A DNA stretch of 64,000 nucleotides from Octopus sinensis. Taxonomy: Eukaryota. Shown here one piece after another: positions 1 through 13,106 of the stretch. The notes beneath the pieces were generated by a model, which saw only the letters and a list, made by a program, of their open reading frames with translations, was not told where the DNA came from and searched no databases. The position numbers and the translations under genes are program-made. Location: positions 142,104,001-142,168,000 of the forward strand of contig NC_043000.1 of NCBI RefSeq assembly GCF_006345805.1, in the 5' to 3' direction. Position 1 is the first letter of the stretch. The number at the start of each line of letters is the position of its first letter.

Positions 1-298
1 AAATCATCAATTACTCCGAATTGAAAGTGGAAATGGCAAGACTGTATGGAATGCTAGAGGCTAATGTGAAAGTGATACCAGTGGTAATCGGAGCGTTTGG
101 GCTCAATCCCATTGAAACTTCAAGACTTCTTAAGTGAACTGGAAATCACATGCAAGATTAATAATGTCTTGGAAAAAGCAGCCTTATCGGACACAACGCA
201 CATCTAAAGGAAAGTGTTATCTGTCTGAGGTACTTATTGTGACTTGACAGATGACTAAAAACTCCGGTGCATTTTTACCTACACTGTGTTACAAAGGA
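1..298 (+). mobile_element. 3' end of R4/Dong-like (restriction-like endonuclease) non-LTR retrotransposon, degenerate
   Basis: Frameshifted translation gives IPVVIGAFG...LEKAALSDTTHI*RKVLSV, resembling the RLE C-terminus PVVIGALG...LQKAALLGTAHILRKVL; it runs into an (AAC/AAT)n tail. Confidence 0.7.
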
Positions 299-300
299 AT

Positions 301-331
<31 letters not shown>

Positions 332-672
332 ACAACGATAGCAATACCAACAACAATACCAACAATGACAACAGCAACAACAACAACAATAATATTAATA
401 ATAATAATGTTTTGAAATTTCGGTACAAGGCCAGCTGTTTCGGGAAAGTGGGTAAATCGATTACATTGACCTTGGTATCAGAACTTAAATGATATTTATT
501 TTATCAACCATGAAATGATGGAATTTGAACTCACAACATAAACCTGGACAAAATGCCACTAAGCATTTTTACCTGGCGTGCAAACGACTCTGGAGGCTCA
601 CTGCGTTCATAACAACAAAAACAACGACGACGAAGACAATGACGTTGACGACGACGGCGACGACGATGAGTG

Positions 673-731
<59 letters not shown>

Positions 732-910
732 TACGTTGACGGTGATGTTGAGAAGGGAAATATTATTACGGAGATGAAGAAGAAGAAGAAGAAAGACGAA
801 GGAATCCATCAAAATTATAATGGTAGCGAATATAACGGTAGCAGCAGCAACGACAACAACAGCAACAATATGGCTACTACTAACAATAACAATAATAATA
901 AATAAATAAG
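299..910. repeat. Compound trinucleotide microsatellites (AAC/AAT, ACG, AGT, AAG)
   Basis: Directly visible; these explain the poly-N/T/S/K ORFs 286-492, 525-905 and 531-1007. Confidence 0.95.
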
Positions 911-2509
911 AAATAAATAAGAAATAAATATGAGAAAATCGAAAGAATATTCTTATATTGTATGATACGATTTGAATAGTAGCGCAATATCCTTTTGTGC
1001 GATTCATTATATTCCCTCGGGCGCAATTTACTTCACATTTATATCAGTTGCAGATATCTAAATTCTCAGTAATCGTTTATTCCTTAAATGCAATGTCTTT
1101 CATTCCCAACTTGTTTGACAGATTTGCTTTTTTTTTTTTTTCTTCTTTCTTCTTCTCAAACTGAAGTAAAGGAGTAGCCTTCGGCATCGAATAAGTCAAA
1201 GGCAGTTAAACCCCCCCCACCACCACCACCACCACACACTTAAACACTGTTGCTAATTCTTTCTTTAGCTATATTTGTTTAAATGGAATCCTTCACGAGG
1301 TACAAAAAAAAACAACAAAAAAAACCAAAAAACAAAAACGAAAAGCAAAACTGAAGAAAGTGACGCCTTCGCCAGTTATAGAAAACACTGACCTAAGAAA
1401 TAGAGACGAAAAGATAATCAATACTTCATTTGACGAATACGCCACGACAAAGTGTTATTTTCTACAATGAACGTGAACATTGAATCGCAACCTCCAATCC
1501 ACCCTATCATATGAAATACTGTCATATTCTGTTAAAAACAATAAAATGAAATAAAAAGCAAAATAAACGCACTTCCATTATCCACCAGGGATATATGGTG
1601 ACAAAACGACCAGGCTTATTGTACCAAAAAAGAAGACAAAGAAAAATAACAGCAATAATATGCCAAGGCATTACTATATATCAGGATTGCATGTCAATTG
1701 TGTTATGTCACGGTAATGTGCATATCTATCCGAATGCATGGCTATATAAAAAAAAATTCTAACGTACGTATAATAATTGATTTACCACATATTTTTCTGT
1801 ATTTTGATATTTGTAGGTTCCCTTCTTTGGTATAGTTTTATTGGTTCGCTTTAGCTTACAGTCACATTGATATATTAACCTTCCTTTACTCTTGTATAGT
1901 CACAAGTTAAAACATTAAATAGGTGAACATTTTTACCAAAATATTAAAAAAAATGTTCTGATACAAGCATTGTGTCTCGCAGTTGAAAGAAATAATAAAT
2001 GAATCGGGTATTAAAATGGTTGCAACATTATGTATTTTATAAATAATTTATAGAGTGTAATACAATTTTGCCCTGAAAAATATAATTTTGTGGGTAGAAT
2101 ACTTGAAGGTGTACTACCCAAAACTGTAGACCTCACTTTCAGATATTCCTATGCCTGAATTATATGAATTAGTCTTTTACTGGCGTAGAACGTTGCTACT
2201 TTCCTCTGCATTTGTCACCAATTTTATAGTTTGGGATACGAATTCACTGGCATAGAATGTAACTAATTTTCTTAAAATTTATCATCTATTTTGTAGTTTG
2301 GGAATATAAAGGGAAATACACTATTAGTCAACCGTGGAGCATGTAGATAATTAATTCTCGATTTTTTTTCCAGTTGAAAGGAGGTTAAAAGTTAATGAGA
2401 AGGCTACGGTGGAAACGAATGCAACAGAGAAAAATGTTGATTCTACGAGTGTATCCCTTCTAACTCCGACGTCTGGCAGCTGACGTAGCAGACACCCATA
2501 AAATTATTA

Positions 2510-2885
2510 ACCATCTTACTAACAATAACTCTGAGCACCTTTTCAAACTCCACCTGTCTAACACTCGTGGTTATGTTTACAAAGTCAGAAAACAGCACAG
2601 CTCCCATGACTTTCGGAAACATGTTTTCACGCTAAGAGTTGCTGAAACATGGAACAAACTGCCGGCATCAGTTGTTAGTTGTCGGAGCACTTCATCCTTC
2701 AAAACTTCCATGCTTCCTGAGATTCGCCTACACTACACCTGATTTTCTCCCCTCTATACACACGCAAGCCTGTATCTGACTCATACACTGTTCACGTCCC
2801 ATACATTTTTACATTACTGCATATGCTCTATACGTACTTCTGTCAAGTTATGGTGCACCTGAGCACTGTATACAATAATTTCATT
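2510..2885 (+). mobile_element. CR1-like LINE 3' end
   Basis: Translates NHLTNNNSEHLFKLHLSNTRGYVYKVRKQHSSHDFRKHVFTLRVAETWNKLPASVVSCRSTSSFK, matching the CR1 ORF2 C-terminal TRGH..K...R..FF..RV...WN.LP..VV motif; ends in an ATT-rich tail. Confidence 0.8.
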
Positions 2886-3872
2886 ATAATTATTTTAATT
2901 ATACAGAGTAGCATTTCTGAGACTTCGAAAGAAAACGAATCAAAAACAATGTGATTGTACCCTGCTGTAGCAAAATGTATACGCGTAGAATAGCCTCTAC
3001 AAGGACTGCTATAATTCAGCTTCTAATATAAAATCAAATATTTTTTCATCCTTCACTGTCTGCTAGATTAAAGGCGGGAATAAACACGCTTATCCGTTAT
3101 ACTTTATTTAGAAAACATGAAGTTTCTGAAACAAGGCGACACAATCATTCCAAGAGACTTTTTCCTTAAAATATGTTAAGACTAAATCTGTTCATTCCTA
3201 GCACGGCTGTATTGCGTTTTTACTCTCATTGTCGTCGCGTTTTTCTTAACGAGGTAACTGGTGGGTAAATATAATATTTCAACATTTTTCTAGTTTGCGC
3301 GCTTATTGGTGGGAAAATAGTTAAAAAAATAAGTAAAAAGAATAAATATGAAAAATGACAATTGAATAAGGCGATAAATAAATAACGAAATTTACTTCAA
3401 TGAAAAAAATATAATGGCTAATTTCATCAGATATCAAATAAGATTAAATTCTATAATTCCATGATATTTAAGTCTGCATGAAATTATTGCAGTGAAGAAG
3501 CTATTTAGATACATTGAAATAAAATATAGAGAGAAAATCAGTTATTGAATGAAGAGATATTTCTAATAAAATATTAACTATTATTCTTGTCAGAAGGAAA
3601 AAAAGTATTTTCGTTTTAAATCCTATTTCGGGAAATCAACAAAGTTAGATATGAATGTGATAGGAAGAAGTTTACATTATTCATAAATAATCACACCTTT
3701 CCTCGGTGAGCCAGCAATTGCGCACCCGCTCACACATGCATACATGCGTATAAAATATGAACTGTCAATAATATATAAATACACATTTATACATATATTA
3801 AATATACACACACTTTTTTTATTCTTGACAATTTACAGAGATATAAAATATATTACCAGATAATGAATTAAA

Positions 3873-3905
3873 CACACACACACACTCTCACACACACGCA
3901 CGCAC

Positions 3906-3941
<36 letters not shown>

Positions 3942-4213
3942 TAAAGAGAGAAACGTTTGAGTTCATTTATTTGTATACTTATACAATACGCAAATATTTA
4001 TCACGAGAGCTTATAAACGATTGTAAATTAGCATATATAGATATATTCGTGACAGACAGTAGAATTCCTCCGTCGGTGCTCGGGATGAGTCATGAGCTTC
4101 AAATGAGTGAATATTCTTTGCTACATGTGTTTCCGACATTTCTTCCGTTTCTTTGCATAAAAAGCACACAAACGCAAGTACACATACACACACACACACA
4201 CACACGCACACAC

Positions 4214-4249
<36 letters not shown>

Positions 4250-5289
4250 ACACACACACACACACACAAACACACACCCATACACACGCACAAATACAGA
4301 CAAACACACGGGCGCACGCCCGCACACAAACACACATGTACATGAACATTTGGTAGCCACTCCCTTTTCTCCTAGATATAGATATGCAATCGTCAATTGG
4401 TTCCATCCATTTGGAGAACCTATTCATTGAGTCAGTATAAAGCAGGGTTGAATATTCTGCGGACACGTATAACAATAATGGAAATCCCAACCAGAATAGC
4501 GTACCTCCAACGGTCTTAGAATCCGTTTCACTTACACATTCATTCAAAAGGCTTCTGTTGACCGGAGACTTTATAAAAAGTCCAGAATATCAAGAAATAT
4601 CGAACACTAGAATATTTGCAAAGTGAAGCGTTCAGACAAGTTTGAATATTTGTCTGTATGTGTGCATATGTGTACGTGTGTAGGTACGTGTGTTTATATG
4701 TGTGTATGTGCGTGCGTGCGTGTGTGCGTGCGCGCTTGTGTATGTATGTGTATGAGTATGTGTATATGTGTGTTATTACATTTCTTCCTGCTTTCTTTCT
4801 CAGAATATAAGCATGATATTTTTTGTATACATAAATACATATTTCCAAAATATGTAATGTCATAATCATGCTTACATATATACCATAATTCAACGAATGG
4901 ATATGTCTCAAGTTGTATGGTATATAGAATATTAATACAATATATAAATAATACTCAGTATTTATTCTTTGAATTATAGTTTTGCATAGAATTATCGATC
5001 TTAATAGAAAAATTAAAACTATGTAATACTTCATCTGTATATATACATTTGATAATCAGTATAATTTCATCTTTATTATTTAATTGGATTCATCCACCAA
5101 AGTGCATAATTTGCAATATTTTTTCCAGTCAAGTAGATTCGACAATTTACTCCTATGAGGTATTTATATAATACTTCTATATTTATTGAGTCGCTACATT
5201 AACTTTTGACACAACATGAGTTTAACGTTGATTTTGTATCAAATACTAACCTCCACAAATATTAAAACGCTGAAGATAACCGCGCATGC

Positions 5290-5333
<44 letters not shown>

Positions 5334-5348
5334 CACACACACACACAC

Positions 5349-5434
<86 letters not shown>

Positions 5435-5660
5435 GCATATATACATACATACATGTACGTATCTACATCTACATGCATATATGGACACAGAACACCAAAA
5501 AACGCTGAACACAATGAGAAACGAAAACACAAACACACAAAACCAAGGAAATGGACATTTTTCTTAAACAACGAAAAAACAGAACACAAGACACACAACA
5601 CAAGGAAATCCCCCCACCCCCTCATATATATATGTGTGTGTGTGTGTGTGTATGTATATG
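3873..5660. repeat. Cluster of (CA)n/(TG)n/(TA)n microsatellites
   Basis: Directly visible tracts at about 3873-3942, 4185-4330, 4650-4770, 5295-5450 and 5625-5670; they explain the [12 protein letters not shown] ORFs. Confidence 0.9.
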
Positions 5661-5671
5661 TATATACATAT

Positions 5672-5880
5672 CTGAGGAATTAGAACCAAGGTTTGGATTC
5701 AAAGATCTACCAGGACACCTGATGAAGGCTGGAGAGTAAACCAGCCGAAATATTGTGGTAATAACAAAAAAGATTAGGACACATATCCATACAATGTAAA
5801 TAATGTAATTGTTCCCTTATATGGTTTTATTACATGTTGGCTACTTCATAAAATCTAATAAAGGTTTTATCCTTGATTAT
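5672..5880 (+). mobile_element. Solo Penelope-type pseudo-LTR fragment (same family as 52225-52400)
   Basis: Aligns by eye with the reverse complement of 52240-52390 (cacctgatgaaggctgga...cagccgaaa...aacaa...gaggac...tgtaaataatgta). Confidence 0.7.
5716..5757 (+). ncRNA. Minimal type-I hammerhead ribozyme motif (C3:G8)
   Basis: cac-CTGATGA-a-GGCTGG(agagtaaa)CCAGCC-GAAA-TA-T-T-gtg: 6-bp stem II, palindromic stem III ATAT, only 3-bp stem I. Confidence 0.65.
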
Positions 5881-6000
5881 ATATAAATATGAATTACTCC
5901 GACCAATATATTCAGTCCGGTATTATTTTTGGTTGTATAAGCAGGTGGTTGAAGTGAATGAATTAGATTTAGCTCCTATATAAAAACGAACATTTGTATA

Positions 6001-6113
6001 TACGAGGGTTGTATGTAAAGTTTAAAGGCCTTGAAGTTTTATAGATTCATCAGAAGTCTTGTACCATGTTTAATTTTATTTATAGGCTCGGGACTCTTCA
6101 TACACCCGTCGTA
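6001..6113. mobile_element. Possible mariner-type MITE or deletion derivative
   Basis: TA-flanked imperfect TIRs: tacgagggttgtatgtaaagt versus the reverse complement of the right end, tacgacgggtgtatgaagagt. Confidence 0.45.
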
Positions 6114-6398
6114 GCCTTATGGATACCTGTTATTTGCATGCATATGTATAACTATTTAAAATTATATACAGTGTTTTATACTATACAGATGACGGTAGAG
6201 AGTTATACTCTCTAAAGTAGGAATCGATCTATGGTTAAGCCCTTTTAAAAAAAATTCTATGTTCACTTCCCTCGCTTTAAACCTGTGCTAATGGGCTAAT
6301 TTAATGTAGTTATTAGAGCCATTTTGCTTCTATTTCTGGTATGTGAACCTACTCTCTAATGTCCTTATTATAATTATATTTATGTAATATATATATTT

Positions 6399-6459
<61 letters not shown>

Positions 6460-6467
6460 GTGTATAC

Positions 6468-6656
6468 GTCAATTAACGTGACAGTAAGGGGGGATTACCC
6501 CCGCTGTTCAGCCCTAGGAAGCATCGACGCTTCCTGTCGGCTTTGACACATTTCTTAAGGACAGAGGAAATGTGTCAAACCCGACAGGAACCGTCGATGC
6601 TTCCTAGGGCTAAACAGCGGTGGGTAATCCCCTCCTTACTGTCACGTTAAATTGAC
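6468..6656. repeat. Imperfect fold-back (about 87-nt arms), probably a non-autonomous PLE-type element
   Basis: gtcaattaacgtgacagtaagg...gacacatttc / gaaatgtgtc...ccttactgtcacgttaaattgac; abuts a (TA)n tract. Confidence 0.85.
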
Positions 6657-6729
6657 AGTGTTACAACCACACACTATCGCCCCACTACCGTACATATCAC
6701 TATGAGATATTAGAGATTTAATATGTCTG

Positions 6730-6774
<45 letters not shown>

Positions 6775-6972
6775 AAGGTATGTAGAAAAATACAACATGG
6801 ACAAGAACGTATAACTCTTAGAAGACGATACAATAAACATGGACAGGACATTCGAACCCCTCAGTCTTCAGTCAAGAACCGGATCATCGTAGTAATTTCG
6901 GCTGATTAAAGAACAAGCACCATGCCTTAAATAAATGTACTAAGGTTGATTCATTCATATATTATATATATA

Positions 6973-7018
<46 letters not shown>

Positions 7019-7199
7019 TATATGTATGTGTGTGTGTGTGTGTGTGTGTATGTATTTATGTGTGAATGTATGTATGTATATGTGTGTTTGTGTGCGTGCC
7101 TGTGTATACTTTTTTTCTGAATTTGTGTAAATGTGTATAAAATGATATATCAGTTGAATAAAGTTAAAACATGATCTGGTTTTCACGCTTCTTAATATT

Positions 7200-8640
7200 A
7201 TATTTAAAAAAATTTGTACAATGCTGAATTTCTTTCATATGTTCGTAGTAATCATCAAATTTCAAAATATATCGACTGACAGTTGAGTTGAGTTCTTGAC
7301 AACTGTAGTAAAATGACTGACTTCTTCCTTTTTATACATTTAGAAGGATCTGACAAGATGTATTTTTCGAATACAGTTTTGGCCAATCAGCAAGCAGCTC
7401 AAACGTCACTGTTTCACGGGCGCACCGATACTACTATAGTAGATGATCCAAATGCCAGGAACATAGACTTATGGAACTCACAGGATTTCTGGTCAAGCAA
7501 ACTACCCTCTCATACTTCGAGAATATAGCATACAACGAGCAAGAGATACCTATAGAGCAACTTAGGGTCACATGCGAAAGACGAATCTATCAACGGAACA
7601 CAATACCATTTCTAGTAACACACAATCTTCATCACCAAAACATTTTTAACATCATCAAAACAAATTTGCCATCTATGAAACAAAGTGTAAAATAAAAAAT
7701 TAAACATAACTAATGAAACAACTATCCATAAGATAATTATCTTAAGGAAAAGGCAATCACATAACTTAAACAAACTATTAACAAAGGCAACATTCAATAT
7801 GAACAAACAAGATAAAACATTCACAGTTTCCAAGTGTAATGATAACAGATGTGGACCGTGTCTTTACATGCATAGTGGTAAATCCATTACAACAAAAAAT
7901 GGAGAGATTTTCACAAAAGCAGATCTCAACTGCAAAAACAGAAATTTCATCTTCTGTATTAAATGCCCTAATTGTGACGAACTATACATTGGCGAGACAG
8001 GAAATGGATTATCGGAACGATCATGAGTTCACAGGCAACAAATTCGGAACACTAATGTTTGCCAAATTCCATTCAGCGAACATGTAGAAACATCTACTCA
8101 GAGAATACTTCTAACTTTACATTTCTTCAAACTTCATGACACAGGTGAGGTTGGAAGAAACATAGAAGAAAAACGTTTCAGTAAAACGTTGAAACCTATT
8201 CTTAATGGAAATAACAATAATATACCAACCAGTTAATGATATAGATTACAAAATAGCTTTAACAAATCAATATAATCAAATTACAGAGGACTCACACCGA
8301 TTGAAATAAAAACAACCGTATTCAAGTTTGCTCACTCATAAAACCATTACATGTAAACCGCAAGCTAGTTCATTAAAATAAAGATGGAATCTATGCCAGT
8401 AATATCGATGCTCTTGACAAACCGTTACGTTTAAACTGCTTGCTGATTGGTCAAAAGCTTATTCGATAAATGCAGCTTGTCGGAGCCTTCTAAGAGGTAT
8501 AAAAAGAAAGAATTCACTCATTTTACTACAGTTGTCAATAACTAAACTCAATTGTCTATCAATACATTTTGAAATCTGATGATTACTACGAACGTAGGAA
8601 AGCATTATTTGAACTTTATGAATATTACTAAATGTTTCTT
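7200..8640 (+). mobile_element. Penelope-like element (Neptune-like, Cys-rich linker + GIY-YIG), 5'-truncated, with inverted 5' pLTR and direct 3' pLTR
   Basis: Frames give KCNDNRCGPCLYM...LNCKNRNFIFCIKCPNCDELYIGETGNGLSER*VHRQQIR. 7200-7445 is homologous in reverse orientation to 8385-8640 (ctgcttgctgattgg CCAAT box, tataaaaag, ttttactacagttgtcaa, tgatgattactacgaac). Confidence 0.88.
8572..8610 (+). ncRNA. Degenerate hammerhead motif in the 3' pLTR
   Basis: aaat-CTGATGA-tta-CTAC(gaac)GTAG-GAAA-GCA-T-T-attt; three extra nucleotides before stem II and stem III is not a clean palindrome. Confidence 0.45.
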
Positions 8641-8767
8641 AATGCTTAAAAAACATTATAAAATTTTGTTTTAAATACAATAATAAAAAGTGTTAAAACC
8701 AGACCATTTTGTAAATTTATTCAACTGATACCTATACACACACGCACACACACACACACACACACAC

Positions 8768-8838
<71 letters not shown>

Positions 8839-8869
8839 CTTATCTTTGTGTTTATGCATACAACAGTGT

Positions 8870-8911
<42 letters not shown>

Positions 8912-9214
8912 GAGAAAGCATAGCTGTGTGCTAAAATGCTTGCTATGTGGTAAAAAACATTCCAACCACTCGAGTCTGGTGTGCAAGTGGGTTTGGGTGT
9001 GTATGTGCACTTTTACATATATACAAATATTCCTTCTCGGTAGAAACATAGAGTCACACCCATAACATGTCATTCATGTCACAAACATTTCGAATGTCAG
9101 TAGTTCTGAAATGCATCTCTTTTGCAACGGTGAAACGCAAAGTAATACCCACACATTATTTTCTATATTACTATAAGCTTTGACTTTCACCTTCGTATTT
9201 GCAACATAAATGCC

Positions 9215-9625
9215 TCAGCACCCTCAGTCACAGTTAGTGATACCATTTTCCATTTATGGCCTTATATTGTATCTGACTGTTTACATTAATGTTCAATATA
9301 CATAGTAGCATTTCGCTAAATAACTCATAAAGTAATATGATACATATATGTACTAACAGACAAGTTTCGTCGAAACGTCGAATGATTTTGTAATCACCGC
9401 TGACGAGTCTACGACTAATAGACGAAACTAGCCTACTCCAGTGATCATAGATTCGCTCATGGAGTTCGTATCTCCCTTGTCAGTGTATATATATTGTGCG
9501 CTTCTTAAGAGTCTTTAACTCTTATTTCGTGCAATATACGTACTTCAGCACCCTCAGCCACAATAAATAACGATAACAGTTTTCTTTTAATGGCCTTATA
9601 TTGTGCCTAGATTGTAATAATTTTA
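9215..9625 (+). mobile_element. Diverged retrozyme-like element, partial tandem with about 330-nt period
   Basis: tcagcaccctcag...atggccttatattgt occurs at 9215 and 9545 and brackets a hammerhead motif. Confidence 0.55.
9393..9445 (+). ncRNA. Type-I hammerhead motif, slightly decayed
   Basis: atcaccg-CTGACGA-GTCTA(cgactaa)TAGAC-GAAA-ctagcctac-TC-cagtgat; stem I 6/7 bp, perfect 5-bp stem II, C/C mismatch at stem III position 2. Confidence 0.6.
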
Positions 9626-9722
9626 ACAAGCACACGCAGACACACAGATGCACGCACGCACACATACTTACACAAAAGCGCGCATATATGCGTATGTAAT
9701 ATACATACATACATATATACAT

Positions 9723-9755
<33 letters not shown>

Positions 9756-10186
9756 AATTTTTTTCAGAATGAGATAAAAACTCAAGGCAGTGACGATTTT
9801 AGAACATCTATAAATAGAAGGACTTACAGCTGTTTCCAGGATATTTATTATATCCCTTCATCGGAGACTGTGTGAGAAGATGGTTAAGCAATAGTTGATT
9901 TAGATATGATACGAACCTGGAGCGTAACTATGGTCTAGTCTATCCATAGTACTTACTCAGCATTACCTGACACCTTTGGGCCTTATTGACGCCATTACCT
10001 CTTATAACCTCTCTCTGTTGTGTAGACGACCCCAGACGATGAAGTAGATATAGAAGGAGAAGTCTAGACGTCGGGTCTTGAGTAGAGGTCATCCGAACGT
10101 GCGATATAACAGTGGAGACGAGGATTTCGTAGCCACTGTGTAGTATTGCAATATAACATTCTCTCCATCTCTCTCTCTCTCTGTAT

Positions 10187-10239
<53 letters not shown>

Positions 10240-11089
10240 ATGCAAGGTGGCATATAGGAATTCAAGTACGTTATTTCGTAACTATCATTATCAGCAATTT
10301 ATTTCAAGCTAAATTCACTCGAATCACAAATCAGAGATAAATATCCATCGAAGCTGAAAACAATTGACAGCAGTAAACTATTGCAAAAGCCATGAAAATA
10401 TATCTATTTATTATTGTTAACAATGCATAAAGTCGATTTCTTACTGGAGAAAATTGCATGGAAAGACGGCTGCTAGACTGGCCGACACTTTGAGGCATAT
10501 TCTAAATTCTAAGAGCAGTCAAATTCTACTGACTACAAGATTTAACTTTGTAAATTGTTCTGGTTGTTAGTTTAAAATTCCAACTCTGAAAGGTAAGAAT
10601 CATATTGTTCTCTCGAAAAGCATATAAATTTTTGAACTATATAAATTGGTAAAGATGTTCAATCAATATATATATATATATATTATATATATATATAATA
10701 TATATATATATACATATATATTATCAAAAATGTATGCATATTGTATATATGGGTGTATACGTGTAGTGAACTTAGCTTTATTTAACCACATGGCTTACAT
10801 ATGACAAAGGTTGCTTCGCAACTATTTTCGGCTTTACGTTCTGATTTCAAATTTCTGCGACGTTGATTTTTTGACTCCATCATTTCGGGGTCGATAAAAT
10901 AAGTACCATTTGAGAGCTGGGGCTCGACATTCTCTATTTCCCTCTTATATTTTTTCTATGTCATCCTACGATTTGCTCGCAAATAACTTTGCACCATTCA
11001 CTGTGAGGGTCTTGAATTTAGACTTGGCTCCTTTGTAAAAACTGATCTTGTTTTTTGCTCGTGTCTTACAATAGCCTAAGATAACCTGA

Positions 11090-12950
11090 ATCTACAAATA
11101 TACTGAATCCAAAGTTAGAATTATATAGACTCTAAGTCGACTCAGATTTAGAAAATGGGTGACAGGAGACCAGTTGGAGCCCAGGCAGAATAATCAAAGT
11201 TTCTCCTATTGGGTACAGGAAAAGCATAATTCCCTATTTTAGCAAGCCATCTCCATTTTGCTCGCTCCATGGGTGTTCGATCAAAGCTGTTGTGAGCTAT
11301 CTTCATTTTAAGCTGTCTGTATATGAGGACTTTGGGCATGCTTTCGTCACTCATTCTGAGGACATGAATAGCCTAGCGAAATTGTGATTGCATAAGGAAG
11401 CTCTGGATTCTACCAATAATACGTTTGCTAAACAGGTTGGCATTCGATACTCTGTCTTTTAGTGAGTAACCGTAAAATGTCCTCAGACAGCCTTTGTGGA
11501 AAATGTCTCGTTGGTTGATGTGTCGTCTATAAGGTATCCACGATTTTGAGCCATACAAGAGAAATGAAGATTTATAGACCTGTATTATGGTGTCAGGATT
11601 GATGTCCCCGATCATTTTATAGGCGATGACGGAGTTTGCCAAATACATCGGTTGCCTTTGCAAGACGGTTGACGATTCATTATCAAGGGAAGCGCTGGAA
11701 TTCACTTTCCTACCAAGATATTAAAGACTTCACTCCAAAGAATTTTTTCCATCAACATGTATAGGTGTGTCAGGAAAATTGTCAACCGGATGGTTTCTGC
11801 TTGAAACCTCGGATTTGTGTAGGAGTAGGGCAAGGTTAGTGGAAAAATAGGAATAACTTCATGCTATTGAGGACCACATACTTTCTAGAGGCTATCATAA
11901 AAAAGGCTTTAGAATATTTTCTGCCTGCAGTTTCTTGCAGTTCGGTAGATATAGAAGACCATGAAGCCTCCTTCGTCTCTCTCAGACCATGTTGGACCAG
12001 GCCGCTACATTTCTTATAATCATTATCTTTTCTGGATGAGCTATTATCATTTATCCATGGTTTGTGACAGCCGTGCATTGTATCTCTCAACCTTTGGACA
12101 TCAGTGCTGTTATCACTGAACTAATTTTGATGTTTACCAGCAGGAAGTTCAAGAACGTCTACAGATGCAGAGTGTGTTGAATCACGCAAAGTACCCCAAG
12201 CTGATTCTATGTCAGCATTTATATCAATAGTGTTTAGTGCAGTGTCCAACGTGGCAGAGGGCAAAGCCTGTTTTTCAGCAGTTGAGATAGCTGGTGTTAT
12301 AAAAGTAGCGAATAATGTTTAAGTCACAAATATCTTGTTTTTTTTTTACGGATAATATAGTCTATGATCGGTCAATCCAAAGATCTAGGATGTATCCAGG
12401 TCTTCCTGAAACAATTTCGCAGTTGAAAAAGCTATTTGTGATGCTTAGATTGAATTCCCTGCAGATGCAGAACAAACGCAAACTGCTGGAGTTCATTCGA
12501 CGTACACCATAGCAACCAAGTACACCCTCCCATGTCTGATAATCAGTACCAACACGAGCGTTAATGTCACCCATAAGGATGAGTTCATCCTTATGGTGTC
12601 AACTGGAAATGATATCACAGGGTTGGTTGTAAAAGTCATCCTTTTCCTGCTCAGTGCTGGCCATGGTTGGGGCATAGCGACTGACAAGCGCAACACGAGT
12701 GGTGTGATCAAGTTCCAATATTAGTGTCATGATGCGATCAGAAATACCTTTGGAAAGAGCTATTTCTGTTTTGATGACAAAACCAAACCCAGAGTGGCAT
12801 AGTGCTTCCTCATTTCTTCCACACCAGAAAAATATTTATCGACCTTTACTTTATCCATCAAGACGAGTTACATTGAATGCAACTATGTCAATGTTGTATT
12901 TTTTTTAGTTCAAATGCAACCAGATCTGTTTCCGTTCTGGTGCTGATTGA
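11090..12950 (-). mobile_element. RTE (BovB-like) LINE remnant: AP endonuclease + post-RT C-terminus, RT core apparently deleted
   Basis: LMGDINARVGTDYQTWEGVLGCYGVRRMNSSSLRLFCICREFNLSITNSFF (APE), then KPWIND linker, then LLYGSKSWIPYRRHINQRDIFHKGCLR...RVSN...RMSDESMPKVLIY (RTE C-terminus); many frameshifts. Confidence 0.85.
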
Positions 12951-13106
12951 CTGTCTTGAAGAGTGTGCACATTTCAAGAACCAAGGTTAATATTCTTAGA
13001 TTTCTTCATGTTTCGACTGCGTTACGGAATAACCAGACAGCTACACTGGACTGCCATATATATAGATATATAATTATATTTATATATGTATATATATGTA
13101 TATATA

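Noticed and set aside
6855-6895. Minus-strand CTGAAGA...CGAATGTCC in a pLTR-like fragment (about 6760-6960)
   Set aside because: No stem I or stem II pairing could be found.
10027-10078. gaccc...acGATGA..TAGA/TCTA-GA-CGTC-gggtc motif
   Set aside because: The core and GAAA are both broken, so it could be chance.
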